Numbered from the stretch's first letter, positions 1 to 13,246 are shown. The stretch is 64,000 nt of DNA from Neodothiora populina (GCF_041146345.1 NW_027191404.1:1426001-1490000); one strand, 5' to 3'. The notes: generated from the letters alone by a model not told the origin. Made by a program: numbers and translations.

Positions 1-684
1 CGAGACCTTGCATTTCTGATGAGTGCTCTGAGGTGAACGTCATGTATATCAACTCGCATGACTTTCCTTCAGACTGCGATGTAGGATGGAGGTGTTGAAC
101 AGCGCAGTCAGGCATGCAGTCCCTGCTCACCGTGTTACCATTTGTCTCACCAAGCCAAGTTCGTATCAAGATCGTTCGTTCACAATCATGTTTGGCTCCA
201 ATTTTGCCATTTTTTGTAGTATGAGCCGAGGTGAGAATTTTGCTTGACGGCCATAACTTTTGGCCGACATTTGTGACACTGATATCATGTCACTATTGCA
301 AGTGTACATGTAAATAACTCCGTCTTCCGCTATTGGAGCCTGCTGCACGGTATTTACTGGTCCCTCTAATTCTCGACGCAATATTGTCTCTTCGGAAATC
401 TGGCAGATTTAGGTTGATAACTTTCCTCTTCTGATACAGAAAAACCGCGTGGTAGATGCTGGAGTATATGACAAAATCCGTAAGACGTTGCAGATCCTCT
501 TGTTCACTTGGTACATTCTTGCTCATCAAGTCTCATCCCATCTCATGAAAACATCTCCGAATTTTCTCAATTTCTCCACCGAGTATAGCAGAGCGACTGT
601 TTCAGATGGTGGTCAATGACCATTAAGGCGGGAAAACCCTTAACGTATATAAATGCAATGATCTACCACAATCCCATAATCAAA

Positions 685-793
685 GGGCTTGTGGTCTAAT
701 GGTATGACATCTTCTTAGCATCATTCAGTTTCTCATCCGAGCAACTGTGGTCCTGAGTGGAGAAGGTTCCGCGTTCGATTCGCGGCTAGTCCA
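685..793 (+). tRNA. tRNA-Ala(AGC), with 37-nt intron (721-757)
   Basis: Acceptor GGGCTTG/CTAGTCC with G3:U70 Ala identity pair; A-box TGGTCTAATGG; anticodon stem TCTTC/GGAGA with AGC at 717-719; B-box GTTCGATTC; T-run just downstream (Pol III terminator). Confidence 0.93.
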
Positions 794-1450
794 ATCATTT
801 TTGCCTTTTTCCCAGTCTTCTCTTTCTCGTTTTTACCTTTCGTGCCGTGGTCGAAACGTGAGAGATGCTGTACAAGTATTCTTATGCCTTTATTTGCAAT
901 CAGTAGAACTTGAAGCTGGTCGTGAGTAGCATGCTCCTTCGAGTAGAGGTCTTGACGTCGGCTTGGCGGATAGATCGACTCTATTCACCATAGCGATTAC
1001 CTTTCCATAACCACATACGGGCATCATCACTAGGTGCATTATCTATTTTCATACAATAGACGACAAGACAGCCTAGATCCATGTTATATCGGTCGTGAAC
1101 CATAGGACTTACCGCGTTACAAACTTCGATATGGAAGTGATAGCACCAGTACTGAGCTAACAAGTGGCCCAAGGTCCTACTAGCGAGAAGCAGGAGCAGC
1201 AATAAAATGATGAATACACACTCTGTCACTTGCACACCTCTATCTAGGAATTCAGCATCGAGTAAAGGCGAAGACAGGGACATGACTGCCATGTCGTCCA
1301 GCAGACACGACTTGCCTTATGTTCGACGACCGACAGACTACCTATAACGATCAACACTAAGGTAAGGTACTCAACCCGCTCCCCAAGCCTACCCAACCAC
1401 AGAAAAATACAAACGATATATAAGTAGGCGCGGGACATTTCATCAAATAG

Positions 1451-1540
1451 GGTCGGTTAGCTCAGTTGGTTAGAGCGTGGTGCTAATAGCTTCCGCTACA
1501 AGGCACGCCAAGGTCGCGGGTTCGACCCCCGTACTGACCA
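1451..1540 (+). tRNA. tRNA-Ile(AAT), with 16-nt intron (1489-1504)
   Basis: Acceptor GGTCGGT/ACTGACC; D-arm TAGCTCAGTTGGTTAGAGC; anticodon stem TGGTG/CGCCA with AAT at 1485-1487; T-loop GGTTCGACCC; TTTT immediately after. Confidence 0.95.
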
Positions 1541-1588
1541 TTTTATCTTTTTGTCTTCTTTTTGTCTTCTTTGTGTCTTCTCTCTTTC
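1541..1588 (+). repeat. Pol III terminator followed by a short T-rich (TTTTGTCTTC-like) tandem tract
   Basis: ttttatctttttgtcttctttttgtcttctttgtgtcttctctcttt directly after tRNA-Ile. Confidence 0.6.
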
Positions 1589-1939
1589 GCTATTGGTGAA
1601 TCGTTCCTCACGTGGGGGATTTTTTGACCCGAGGCTCTCTGGTTAGTTAGCATGTACATGCAAATGGGGAAAGTGTAATTATGTTAGATGATGTTTTGGC
1701 AGGCGGCATAGATGGGCTGCTAGTCGGGAACACGAGAGCCTGGGGGAGTGAGGAAGGAACGGTGTGGTATGGCATGGGTAGTAAGTAATTAGACACTCGT
1801 AACGTGTGTATCAAAGGTATATATCTATGTAAAACAAACGCGTAGTCTGGATCTCTAGATCTCTCGATCAATCTCCCAACCTCTATCATCTCCCAAACTC
1901 CTTGCTTCGTCCAGCTCATTGCAAACCAAAAAAAATAAT

Positions 1940-3667
1940 TTAACTCATCGAGAACCGACTCCAACTCCTGATCTTTGCGCCATAGAAATAGAAAATCAAC
2001 GGCGCGGCCACCATGGCCAGACACGCAAACGCTAGCACTGTACTCGCCCAATCCGTGCCGAGATTCGTGTACATTGGTCCTGAAAATAGCGGGAACGAAC
2101 ATGAGATTATGCTGCGGCAGACGACGTGGATACCTGAGACAGACGAAAGTCAGTATTTGTTGAAAAGGATTGATGATATTGTGAACGGATTGGAAAAGGG
2201 AAAGGGAAAAAAAAACTTACTCATAGCGCTATTGCTGTTCGCGGCGTAAACGTCGACAAGATACACGATGCCGGTATCGAAAATAAGCAATAGTCCGAGC
2301 CCGACGAAGAAAAGCGCAATGACTTGACTCGCCCAATGGGTATGTTGGGACCAGCCAAACCACCAGAGCGCAGGCGGGAGTATCACCGAACCGAGAATCA
2401 TAGGCGGCAGGCGAGCCTCCGGGGGCGCGGATCGTGTCTTCAGCCATGTCTTTTTGTAAGACGTGTTGTTGAAGAAGCAAAAGACCCCCCAGGCGGCCAG
2501 GATACCGAGCAGCACCGAGATGAACGGTAGTTGCGATACCGCGGGGCTCCAGCCACGGTTCTGGAAACTGAAGGGGATGGCTTGGTATGATAGATACAGG
2601 ATACCGTAGACCAGGGTGAGATAGGCGGTTAGGATTATAAGAATTGGTTCGTTGATGATGATGCGAATGGGCTTTGTAAGATACTTCTGGGCCAGAGTCT
2701 TGATGTCCACGGGCTGCTCCTCGGACTTGGCATGTAGGGCGAAGTTCTTAGTCTCGAATCGCAGATGCTTCGCTTTGCGAGCTAGTAAGACGGGCTCGAA
2801 GGTCTCGTGCATTGTGAGGATACCCAGGACTCCGACGGTACCGCAGTAAATTAACGTGAGCCATGCGGTCCATCTCCAGCCAATCTGCTGAACGACAAAG
2901 CCAGAAAAAATGGGCGCAAAGGTCGAACCCAAGTTGATACCCGTGGCGGACAAGGCCAATGCATTTCCACGGGCGATCGGACTCCATATGTCGACGAATA
3001 TTCCAGACACAACGGCGAAAATGGCACTTCCAAACACGCCTTCGAAGAAGCGACACACCAGTATCGTTCGCACGTTGCCAGCTACTGCCTCTGGAATCTG
3101 GAAAATTGCCATGCCTATGAGTCCAGTGTAAAAAGGTATTAGTCGGCCGAAGACCTCGGACATGGGACCGAAAAGCAGCGGGCCACAGGCAAATCCTAGA
3201 ATGTGAAGCGAGATGGCGAGATCCATGACTTCGATTCCCACGCCGAATTGCTTAGCTGTGACATGCGTGGCGGGGCCGAAGATAGAGGAAGAAAACGAAA
3301 CACCTGCGACGAAAAGACTCGCGGTCACCGTCATTGCAATTTTCTTGCCCAATGGCCAGTTTTGGGGTCGTCCAGGGTCGTCATCAGAGTCCCAAAGTAC
3401 AACGTTGGGATCAGTGATATATCCATCGTGCACGGCGCACGGTTGAGATTCCTCGTTAGTGAGTCCCTGTTTACATTTCGAGCAGAGAGGATTGGGTGGA
3501 TTCCTCGATGATATCGTCCGCCTCAACTGCATTCCATCGGCAAGTGCTTCATCGGAAGAATTTCTGGGTTCACTTTTATCGCTGATGTCGGGTGTTTCTA
3601 TTTCTTCCGGGTGGTTGTCATAAGATCCGACCGGCGGAGATCGTTTCTCATCATATTCGGCAGTCAT
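1940..3667 (-). CDS. MFS drug:H+ antiporter (DHA1, 12-TMS; Flu1/Tpo-like). Exons 3667-2221 and 2133-1940
   Basis: WDSDDDPGRPQNW before TM1, GPMSEVFGR motif A, ETFEPVLL, PEARL motifs. Intron 2220-2134 (GTAAGT..CTGAC..CAG) restores SAMSIHVVCRS..FPLF..MY..LG..WA and a TAA at 1940-1942. Confidence 0.9.
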
Positions 3668-5793
3668 TTTCGCAAAGTCTGACTCGCGATATTAGGTGAA
3701 CATTCAGCGCATACGATACACATAAAAGCACACAGTTGCGAGATTGGACGTGAAAAGTTTCTCATGGACTGGTATATCAAGAGGTAGACTAGGAAGAAAA
3801 GCAATGGGTGGAACCTCGTCCTATGCAATCGACTCCTTCGTGGCGACGATGAAATATGGGCCCATGGGCTGTTCCGATCCTCGAGGCGGATATCCGGTCC
3901 GCTTGGGCTGATGTGCGGAACGAGCCGTGCGACACACCTTATTTTCGGGTAGGATAAGGTAGGTTACCTTACCTGGTACTGGCATCTTCGCTTTCAATGG
4001 TGATTATAGTAGAAGGTACCCGCTCGTAACCTACCTTATATAGCGTTTTACACAAGTCACACATTGATGGCTGCATCAATGTCGACTCTGTCTATAGAGA
4101 GGTCACAAAGGTGCATTAAGTATTCAATTCCAGGGCCTCGAACAATCCTCGTTCAGCAAAGTCTTCGAAAACAAAAGTCACGGCGCGCTTTGCGATAAGA
4201 TAAGGTAAGAAAAAAACACCTATATTTGTACTGTACTTGTACTGAAACCTGTGCGGTCTTGTACCTTTGACCCTCTCGGCCCTGGCCTTAGATCTCTTGG
4301 AAGATGGCCAAAATCGCTTCCTAGCTCACATGGAAAAGGGCCGGCCCGGGAAAGTGTTTTCATGAGATCCCCCAATGATGACAAGCTGTCCATAAAACCC
4401 TTTACAAGGTCGCTTACAAGGTCCCGCATCTCACCCTGATCTTCGTCGCTGATGAAAAAGTATTCTTTACCTCAGGTGGTCTAATCAAGGTGGTCCAATC
4501 ACGATCACGTTATGTTTCTTCCGGTCTTCAGATAGTCCTGTACAGTACTGTACAAACATATTCGTGCACGATCAGACTTTTCATAGTACATGAACATTCT
4601 TCGAGATCTTCCAGACGTTTCACGAATGAGAGCTGCCGGAGACACGTGGCGCTCGCGAAAGGCTTTCAGAATGCGAGCAGTAGACTAAGGTACGCATATC
4701 ACCTGGGCACTGTAAACCTGGAGGGCGAAGCTGTCTAGAACGAACTTCCGATAAAGTGATCAGCAAAAAAGTCCGTGTTATACAGCGCTTGTCGCAAGCA
4801 CTTTAGGTCGGACCGAGAGGGGACAGTACGTTCGCTCGAGCTTTGGTTGCATTCGCGAACAAGATGCCGTCTCGCGACTTTCAGCCCTACGAGTAGACCG
4901 CGTCACGGTAGAATAATAATCCCCGATGGGGCAGCTGGTCGTGTACAGTTGTTTATAGGTATACAACTCAACGACCGTATGCTTAGATCTGTACTCATTG
5001 ATCCGAAGAGGTCATGTCAGAACGCAGTACAGGATCTCCTCAGACCGTCAGACCAGACAATCTCTCTGAGGTGACCACAATGCTGTCCACTTGATGGGTC
5101 GGTACACCTTCATGCAAGTCTCTCGCGATCCTAGCCAACGACTGCCAGATTGCACAAGGCTTGACGCGAAGACAAGAGAAAGGACTTGGTTGTCTACACC
5201 TGCTAGGTTGCTTTCAATTGGCTTGTGAATAGTCTCCAACCGTGCCTCGGTGGGTCGATGTAATCTGTGAAGTAACGGACATGCATGCGCTTGTCGCGTC
5301 GAAATCACTTGATCTGAACGGCAAAACGGTGTTTTGCAAAACAAACTTTTACCGCTACATTGAACTCGAGTGGATGAGGGGCAATGTTACTAGGCCCCCT
5401 ATCATCCTGATCAAGTGTTCAGAGTAAATGGGATCTGAGAGTAAATGGGGTCTGAAAGTCTTGCTAATGTTGAAAAAGTGTATCACTACGAATTTGAAAC
5501 AGAGGCACGAGGGGCTTTTGGTTTTTACAGCGACTTATTTTTTGACTCTATATATAAAGAAAAAAGATCCAAGCATTAAGCAGGTGAATTTTCAGCCAAC
5601 GAAGCGAAAAACAATTGATAAAACAACCAGGAACATCCCTTCAAGTAGAACTCAATGGCTAGATCCATAGAAATGTGTACAAGCATCCTATCCCCATTTG
5701 CATCGAAATGGAAAGTCAAGCAATAAATCCGCCTTCATAGAAAAGAGATTCGTTCGTCATGTATGCTAGTCAAATCATCCAGACAAAAGCTTC

Positions 5794-6858
5794 TTAAAGA
5801 AGGAAAGCGGCGGCGGCAACGATGGCACCAACACCACCGGCGGCCTTGACCTGGACAGCAGCGCCAGTGTAGGCGGGCTTGGTGGCAGTAAGAGACCAAG
5901 AGGCACCAGGAGCGGTACCAGTGGGGTGAGCAGTGGTGCTGGCGGGTCCGGTGGTGGAGGCAACGTAGACCTTGCAGCCGGGGCAGCCGCTGGGAGCACC
6001 ACCGACAGCGGAGCTCATGACAGCGTTGGTAGCAGGGCAGGTGGTGGTGGACCAGGTGGAGGCAGAGGGGCTGGGGTAAGCGATGACGGTGCTGGTAACG
6101 GGAACGAGGACCTTGTGGCCATCGGTGGAGGAAGCAGACCAGGCGTTGACAGTGGAGGCACCGTAAGCGCAGCCGCAAGCAACGGGAGCGACGGGGATGA
6201 CAGTGGCGGTAGGGCAGACATACTCGGTGCTGGTGACGGGAATGACATCAGTGACAACAGCGACGCCGTTCTTGAGAGGGCAGTCGGTGACGGTAGGTGC
6301 GCACGAAGAGATGGTGCGGACAGCGGTGCTGTACATGGTGGAGGTCAAGGTCTGGCCAGCGGAGGCGGAGGTAGGAGCAGCATCAGCGACGCGGATGGCG
6401 AAGTCAACGTTGGCCTCGGGGTAAGAGGCACCGACATCAGAGAAGAGGGTGCAGGTAAGAGCAGTGGTGTCGAAAGCGGTACCGACACAGGTGGTGACGC
6501 TGTCGCAGAGGTTCATGCAGTCACCGAGGTCAGAAGGAGCAACAGCAGCCTGGCGCTTGGCGAAGGAGGTCGAGTTGATGGAGATCTCGATGATGGTACC
6601 GAAGTGGTTGGTGGAGCACTCGATGAGGAAAGAAGCGCTGTTCTCGTCGACGAACACCTGTCCGTTAAGGCGAGGGCAGAAGAGGCTGTCGTTGGCCTGG
6701 GTGGTGGAGTTGGAGGTGTTGTTCAGGCCAGTGGGACCGACAGTGGTACCATTGGCGAGGACACCACCAGCAGTGGTGTTGTAGCCAAGCTGGGGCATGG
6801 CAGAGGCCATGCCAACGATGGCGGCGCCGGCGGCAGCGATGTTCTTGAAGGAAGGCAT
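5794..6858 (-). CDS. Secreted, probably GPI-anchored Ser/Thr-rich cell-wall protein with a Cys-rich PAN/apple-like domain
   Basis: Hydrophobic signal peptide (MPSFKNIAAAGAAIVGMASA); C..C..CxxxC....C..C pattern; TISSCAPTVTDCP motif; Thr/Ser/Pro-rich stalk; C-terminal YTGAA..hydrophobic tail (AIVAAAAFLL); strong codon bias. Confidence 0.8.
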   Translation of the reverse strand: MPSFKNIAAAGAAIVGMASAMPQLGYNTTAGGVLANGTTVGPTGLNNTSNSTTQANDSLFCPRLNGQVFVDENSASFLIECSTNHFGTIIEISINSTSFAKRQAAVAPSDLGDCMNLCDSVTTCVGTAFDTTALTCTLFSDVGASYPEANVDFAIRVADAAPTSASAGQTLTSTMYSTAVRTISSCAPTVTDCPLKNGVAVVTDVIPVTSTEYVCPTATVIPVAPVACGCAYGASTVNAWSASSTDGHKVLVPVTSTVIAYPSPSASTWSTTTCPATNAVMSSAVGGAPSGCPGCKVYVASTTGPASTTAHPTGTAPGASWSLTATKPAYTGAAVQVKAAGGVGAIVAAAAFLL

Positions 6859-9373
6859 TTTTAAGGATTAAGAATTAAGTGGTAGTGAAGGGACTGGTTG
6901 TTTTGCTTAAAAGAGCGACTGAAGTGAATTACTAAAGAGAGTGGACGGCTGAAGCCTGAAAGGGAAGAGAGTTGCTGGATTAGAGTCGCTGTTGTTGCTT
7001 GATGATGAGAGAAGATAACTTGAAGACCATGGGAGCTTAGGTTATATACTATTCCGCGTCCTACCTTCTCCACCAGAGCAATAGTTACCTTCATTTCCTC
7101 CTCACTGAAAACGTTTTGCCGGTGAATCCACAATCGATACATAACATGACCAAGCTCAAGCAACACCGCTTGCTGTTCAATCTCAACCGACGGCAGGCGG
7201 ATTACTGCACGGACTCGATGGAGGAGTAAACAATCGATTGAGATGCAGTCTCCTGGAGCAAGTCGCGTTATGCTTAGGTTAATGCTTAACGGCAGCCGCA
7301 GTGGTCTGCTCCTCGAACAGTCTAAATGCATGGGGAGCCATACCGCGGGCTCACTGCGTTGTTTTTTCCGCCCCCTCAAACAACAACACTTTCTCGGTCG
7401 TCAGACTATATGATTTATTGACTTTCGTCCAGTCGTCAATGTTTTTCCGTAGTATTCTCATGGATAGTGATTTGAGTATAGATCGGTTCTCTCCGCCTAA
7501 GCATGTCCGCGTTTGTTGCTGGTGCTTTGTTTATTTGTTTGTGTTCAGTGGCGAGAGGGGGAGACGTTGAAACGGGCATAAGTCCCGTCGACCGTTTGGC
7601 AGGGGGAAGTAGAGCAATCTCTCCAAGGTCAAGACTCAAACGTTTCGTGCTGTAATCGATCGAAAAGAGGTGTATAGCCTTTGAATATGCTTACTCCAGT
7701 GTCTATCGTTCATTTCGCAATGTAGACAAGGCATGATTAAGGGACAAATCGAGGTCATGAATAGAAGGAATTGAGTTGGGCCACGAAGCTACACTCCTTG
7801 GCCTCCCGTGCGAAGCGTTTCTATCTGAGCCGCGCCGGAATGATCGCTGACGTCGCACTCTAACAACTCTCCAACCTTGTTCAGTGTACTGTGGCTTGCC
7901 TCGCCATCGATGTCTACTTCGGCGATTCGCATTGCTATGATTCGGTAGACCTTTCGCCTAACAGCGGCCTGACTGTGGAGCAGTGGTTTAATTCGGCGGA
8001 TGCCATTTCTTACAAATTGGGTGGTACATTGGAGATGTTCCATTCGTTCTGGCAGGCTACCTGCCGCGTGACATGTTGCTTTGATGGATCCAATCAAAAC
8101 TTGGTACTTGTTGCAATCGGTACTTGTATCTTGCTATTTGTGGTATCAATTACATTCGTCTGGAAGCATCCACGTCGATGGAGATCGCGAGGATGGAGAT
8201 TGTGCTCGATTGCCATCAACATCATTGTGCATTTTACAAGGCACTTCTCCTATCTGAAGATCAAGACTTATGTGCGAATAGAAGTAGTCCATGCGTATCT
8301 GTTGTAGGTGTTATACTTCGCTAGTAATGCTAGAATATTCGCTGTATAGAGCCACATTCATGAGCTACCGTATGCAATCTTGACATGCGTACGGGTCTGC
8401 TAGACTCATCACGAGAGGGGTACAGTGACAGGAGTTTGAACTTTAAGCGAATACGGTAGCGCAACGTGAATGGAAAGTAATATTCCGTGGCTTGAAATAT
8501 GCCCTGGTTCTACCTTATGCTCACGACGTGAGGGCGACCCTGTCTGTCGTTGTCTGAGTATGCAATATTCCATCGACTTACACCTTTAGATGAGTTGCGA
8601 CAGCAGAAGGCAGATCTACGAAGGAGACATTGTTACATAAACTTCATGCTTGTCTCGTCCGTCTCAGGTACAAGACAGAGGGTTTCGGAGGAAGTCTGCA
8701 AATTCATATCACCTCTCAAGTAATGAACACAACCTTCGCCTTTGCTCCACAACTTCCCTTTCCCGAATTGTAAAGGAAGACTCCACATGGATTACACGTC
8801 CCGGTAAGACACAGGGTGCGCCGGCTCTAGAGCTTATAACGTCGACGAGAGTGTATTGACACGTAAGCATTGCTATACTAGCAGTTGTGACACCGTCCTG
8901 GGTATAGACCTTTCTTCCATGCCCGGCTTAGATATGGATGAAACGACCTGCTATTACTGCAAGAGGCTCTGCCTGGCGGACAGCTAGACCCTGAGTCAAT
9001 GAAGCAATGATTTTGACAGTGGTTATAGCAGTTGAAGCAGAACATTCCCACCTCGGAGCAATACAAGCAACAGTTCTAGCATGGTCACTGCAAGAAAGAT
9101 ATCAGGTTCCCACGATCAGTATATGCTGTTTATCGATCTATGATTTATGTATAGCAGCACATCTTACAGAGGACATTACTGAAATTGGAGCGGCAGCCTC
9201 GTACCAAGAGGGTATTGTTAGCTTCATTGGTATACATCTGACGTATAGGCACGAGAATGCACATAATACCTCAACATCGCATGTCGAGCGAAGAACAGGG
9301 TCGCGGTCCTGAAAAAGCTGATATGCCAAAGCAATCAATTTACCGAAAGTGGCAGCAATGCGGGGTGGCGATT

Positions 9374-9405
9374 CGCGAAAACACCAAGACAACGCGAAGG
9401 CGCGT
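9374..9405 (+). promoter_or_regulatory. MCB/SCB-like (CGCG-core) G1/S elements upstream of PRI1
   Basis: CGCGAAA (9374), ACGCGA (9392) and GCGCGT (9400) clustered about 180-210 bp before the primase ATG. Confidence 0.5.
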
Positions 9406-9581
9406 GTTTTACTTTAATCAGCGTCACGTCTCCTCGGCCGGTATTTACAGTACATCAGAAATATCAATTCACAATTATCCCATATCACTATACTACATCC
9501 TGACTGTAATATACTACTCAAATTCAAGAAACAATAATCCAATTCATAGCCCATACAGTAAAACTGGATTCTCCAAGCAAC

Positions 9582-11246
9582 ATGCCTCACGCGATTTCGC
9601 CGGCCTCGTCGCCGCCTGTACAGGACGACACGATCATGTCAGAGGCAGTACCAGAAACAACAGAACAGGAAGAGTCACAGCCAGCAGACATGGCCACGCA
9701 AGACTCACAGATGTCAGAGCAGAAGACACAAGAGGAGAAGACAAATCTCGAAGATATGTTCGACGACGATGACGAGGACGAGGAGTTCTCGTCGAGTGCA
9801 CAAGTCAAGACAGAAGACGCATCATCACAGCAGCAAGCGTACGAGATGATCCTCTGCGAAAGCCATCGTGTTCAAGAGGCCAGACTGACAATTGCATATG
9901 GACAGGTCACCGACAGGAAAACCCTCAGGCAAAGCGAGTGATCCAGAGATCCTCCGTGCCTTCTACCAGCGGCTGTTCCCCTTCCGCTATCTCTTTCAGT
10001 GGCTCAACCACTCTCCGACACCGACTACCGACTGGATGAACCGTGAATTCGCATTCGTGCTGCCAAACGACGCCTACATACGTTACCAGTCCTTCCTCAC
10101 CGCAGATCAGTTCCGCAAGCAATGCGTGCAGATGACCCCGGTGCGTTTCGAGATCGGTCCCGTGTATTCTACAAATCCACGCGATCGCAAGACGCTGCGC
10201 AAGGCGAGCGCTTTCCGTCCTCTCAGCAAAGAGCTGGTCTTTGATATCGATATGACGGATTACGACGAGATCAGAACCTGCTGCTCCGGGGCGAACATCT
10301 GCCGAAAATGTTGGGCTTTCATCACCATGGCCATCAAAGTCGTCGATGCAGCGCTGCGCGAAGATTTCGGTTTCAAGCATATTCTTTGGGTGTACTCGGG
10401 CCGAAGAGGTGCTCACGCATGGATCAGCGACAAGAGAGCGAGAGACATGGATGATCAGAAGAGAAGATCCATCGCCGGCTATCTTGAGTTGATCAAGGGA
10501 GGTGACAAGAGCGGCAAGAAAGTCAATGTGAAGAGACCACTTCATCCCCACATTGAGTAAGTGCTATGCGTCCTTGCCTCAAAGTCCCAATATTAATATC
10601 TGCCACCTCCAGACGAAGTCTCGACATCTTAGATAAACACTTCGAAGACGCATTACTCGAATCACAAGACCCATGGTCGACGCCAGAGAAAGCCAATCAC
10701 CTCCTGTCGCTCCTCCCAGACAAGACGCTAACGGCAGCTCTGCTCAAGAAATGGGAAAGCCAGCCCTCAGCACGCACCTCAACCCAAAAATGGGACGACA
10801 TCAACGCCGTCGCAGAAGCCGGTAACCTCTCCACATTGAAGCCACAGACTCTCGTCCAAGCGAAGCAAGACATCAGACTCGAATACATGTACCCTCGCCT
10901 AGACGCCGAAGTCTCGAAAAAGCTAAACCATTTGCTCAAGAGCCCCTTTGTCATCCATCCGGGCACAGGCCGAGTGTGCGTGCCCATCGACATGAGCAAA
11001 GTCGAGGACTTTGACCCCTTCAGCGTCCCCACCGTGCACGAATTGCTCGCCGAGATCGACCAGTGGGAGAAGACCGCCGCGGGTCAAGACTCGTCGGAGC
11101 AGAGAGAGAAAATACAGGATTGGCAGAAGACGAGTCTGAAGCCGTATGTTGAAGTGTTTAGAAATCACGTCAATGCTGTGCTCAAGGATGAGGTTGTCGA
11201 GAAGAAGAGGGGCAGGGAGGAAGAGGCTGAGGGCATGGAGTTTTGA
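9582..11246 (+). CDS. PRI1: DNA primase small (catalytic) subunit. Exons 9582-9838, 9907-10556, 10613-11246
   Basis: REFAF, RFEIGPVY, KELVFDIDMTDYD, WVYSGRRGAHAW, YPRLD, NHLLKSPFVIHPGTGRVCVPID motifs; two GT-AG introns join the ORFs in frame. Confidence 0.96.
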
Positions 11247-11605
11247 TTTCGTCTCTGTCGAAGGCTTGCATTAGAACACATATATGAGCCAGAAGAGGGA
11301 GATTGGATCGTAATTTGATGATGCGGACGTATGAGAGGGATACCGACTCAGGGATGGCGACTGGCGTTGTGTGGCTTGTGAGTGCTTCGAGCTCCTTCCT
11401 TGTTCAGACATAAGTCGAGGAATGAACACAGACTGTTTTGGAGGGCTAAGGTGAGGTACCTAGGCAGGTAAGGTAATGTAGTGATTTATATAGTGAAACC
11501 TGAACGAAATATCGACGAACGATACCCATTTCATAACACTTTCACGCCTGGATGTTGCAATCGATGTCACATGAGGCTCTTCTACTCCTAATATCAGATG
11601 TATAT

Positions 11606-12643
11606 CTAATAAGTCGCGGGCATGACACTCAAACGACCGCCATCGATGACTTGCACGCTGCCGTTGTGGTAAGCACCAGATTTGCCGACCATGAAGAGGA
11701 TGAGTCCAGCCATGTCCTCATATTCACCCTGTGTGCCCGCCGGGATCTCATTGACTGGGAAGACGGTCGCTCCTCCTGCCGTCATGTCGGAGGGAAAGCC
11801 TGTCACATAACCATTGTTAGTCTCCATGAGGTTGCGCAGAAATGTGATATAGCGTCAAACTCACGTCCAGGACAGATGATATTACTCCTGATGCCCCAAG
11901 GAGCAAGAAAATGGCTCATGCTCTTGCCCAACATGACCGCGCCAGCTTTCGAAGCCGTGTACGCCAACCCAGCCGTGATTTTCCTATTGAACGCCGCGAT
12001 GCTGGCAACAGTGATGATCTGACTCGTCCTCTGATCGTGTGCGTCATAAGACGCGCTTCCGTCCCGTTTCTGAGTCTCTCTCTTGCCCTGCACCCAGCCG
12101 CGGCGCTTGTTTCCCTTATCGAGCAAGTGCAAGAAGGCGGCGCTGACGCCGACGACGGCCGACGTGTTGGTCTGCCATGTCGTGTCCCATTTCGCCCAGT
12201 CGCTCTGCAGGACCTGTTGTACTTCGCGGATGCTCTGGGCTTTGTTCACTTGGTTGTGGTCGGGCCCGATGATGCCTGCGTTGTTGATCAGGACGTCGAC
12301 GTGCGAGACTTGGCTTTCGACGACTTTGACGGCCGAGGCGATGGAGTCGGGCGATGTCACGTCACATTGGATTGGGTGCACGATGGAGGGGTTGATTGCT
12401 TTGGCGGCTGCTTCGAGGGGCTCTAGTCGGCGGCTCAGCAGGAAGACTTTGCTGGCGCCGGAGTTGGCGAGTGCGGTTGCGTATGCTAGACCGATTCCTG
12501 GTTCGGGGTCAGTGTTTACTGCGATTGGGGTTGGCAATGTCGATGGGGTCAGTGGACGCACCGCTGCCTCCTCCTGTGATGACTATGACAAGGTCTTTCG
12601 CAGAGAAGAGATCGGAAGGATCGACGGGCTTTGAGGTGTTCAT
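11606..12643 (-). CDS. Short-chain dehydrogenase/reductase (2 introns)
   Basis: Spliced TGGGSGIG Rossmann motif (intron 12561-12498), NNAG, catalytic YTASK, IRSNIICPG|RFPSDM, terminal DGG. Confidence 0.9.
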
Positions 12644-13236
12644 CGTGGCAGAGCTATTGAGGATTTGATGATGGGAGGGTTATCAGGTGTCGTAGCGGTG
12701 ACAGAACATGTCTCTTATGAGGAAATCATATAGTCATAAGGCACCTTACCTTTACGATAATAGTCGTCATCACGTGGATATCGCTTCTATATCAGGCAGC
12801 TCGTAAGGGGAGTGTAAGGTAGTGACATGGATCATTGTATTGTGGATGAATGGCTACTACATGCGCTTGTTCAAGCATAGGAATACATTTTGGCTCTTTG
12901 GATACAGCGACAGCATACTACATACAGTCTCAATTCGAAGATCAGTCATAGCAACAGTCAAACAAAGTGTTGCTATCTTCATATCAATATCGGACAAGCT
13001 GCAAGGTACAATACCTACCTACTTTGTAAGCTCCCCCCGCATAGAGCATCGCGGGGCCGTCGCGTCATTGATACAGATGAACCGACTAAGGTGACCTCCT
13101 TAAGCGAGATCCACTGACTCCTGCCAGGGCCTCTGGGAAGAAAGTCGAGCCGACTTCGAGCTGGTTCCATCGAGCACCATAGGAACGAGCTCAGCTTACT
13201 CATCTGGGCATATGGCCCGTGCGCAAACTCACCAGG

Positions 13237-13246
13237 GATATATAAC
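13237..13246 (+). promoter_or_regulatory. TATA box of the U1 snRNA gene
   Basis: GGATATATAA about 40 nt upstream of the U1 5' end. Confidence 0.55.

Noticed and set aside
1..550. Overlapping minus-strand ORFs resembling a frameshifted gene fragment
   Set aside because: No motif recognised and truncated by the window edge.
5926..6864. 312-aa Gly-rich ORF on the + strand
   Set aside because: Antisense shadow of the codon-biased wall-protein gene; no independent features.
7789..9392. Short ORFs between the wall-protein gene and PRI1
   Set aside because: Mostly non-ATG starts, no codon bias and no recognisable homology.
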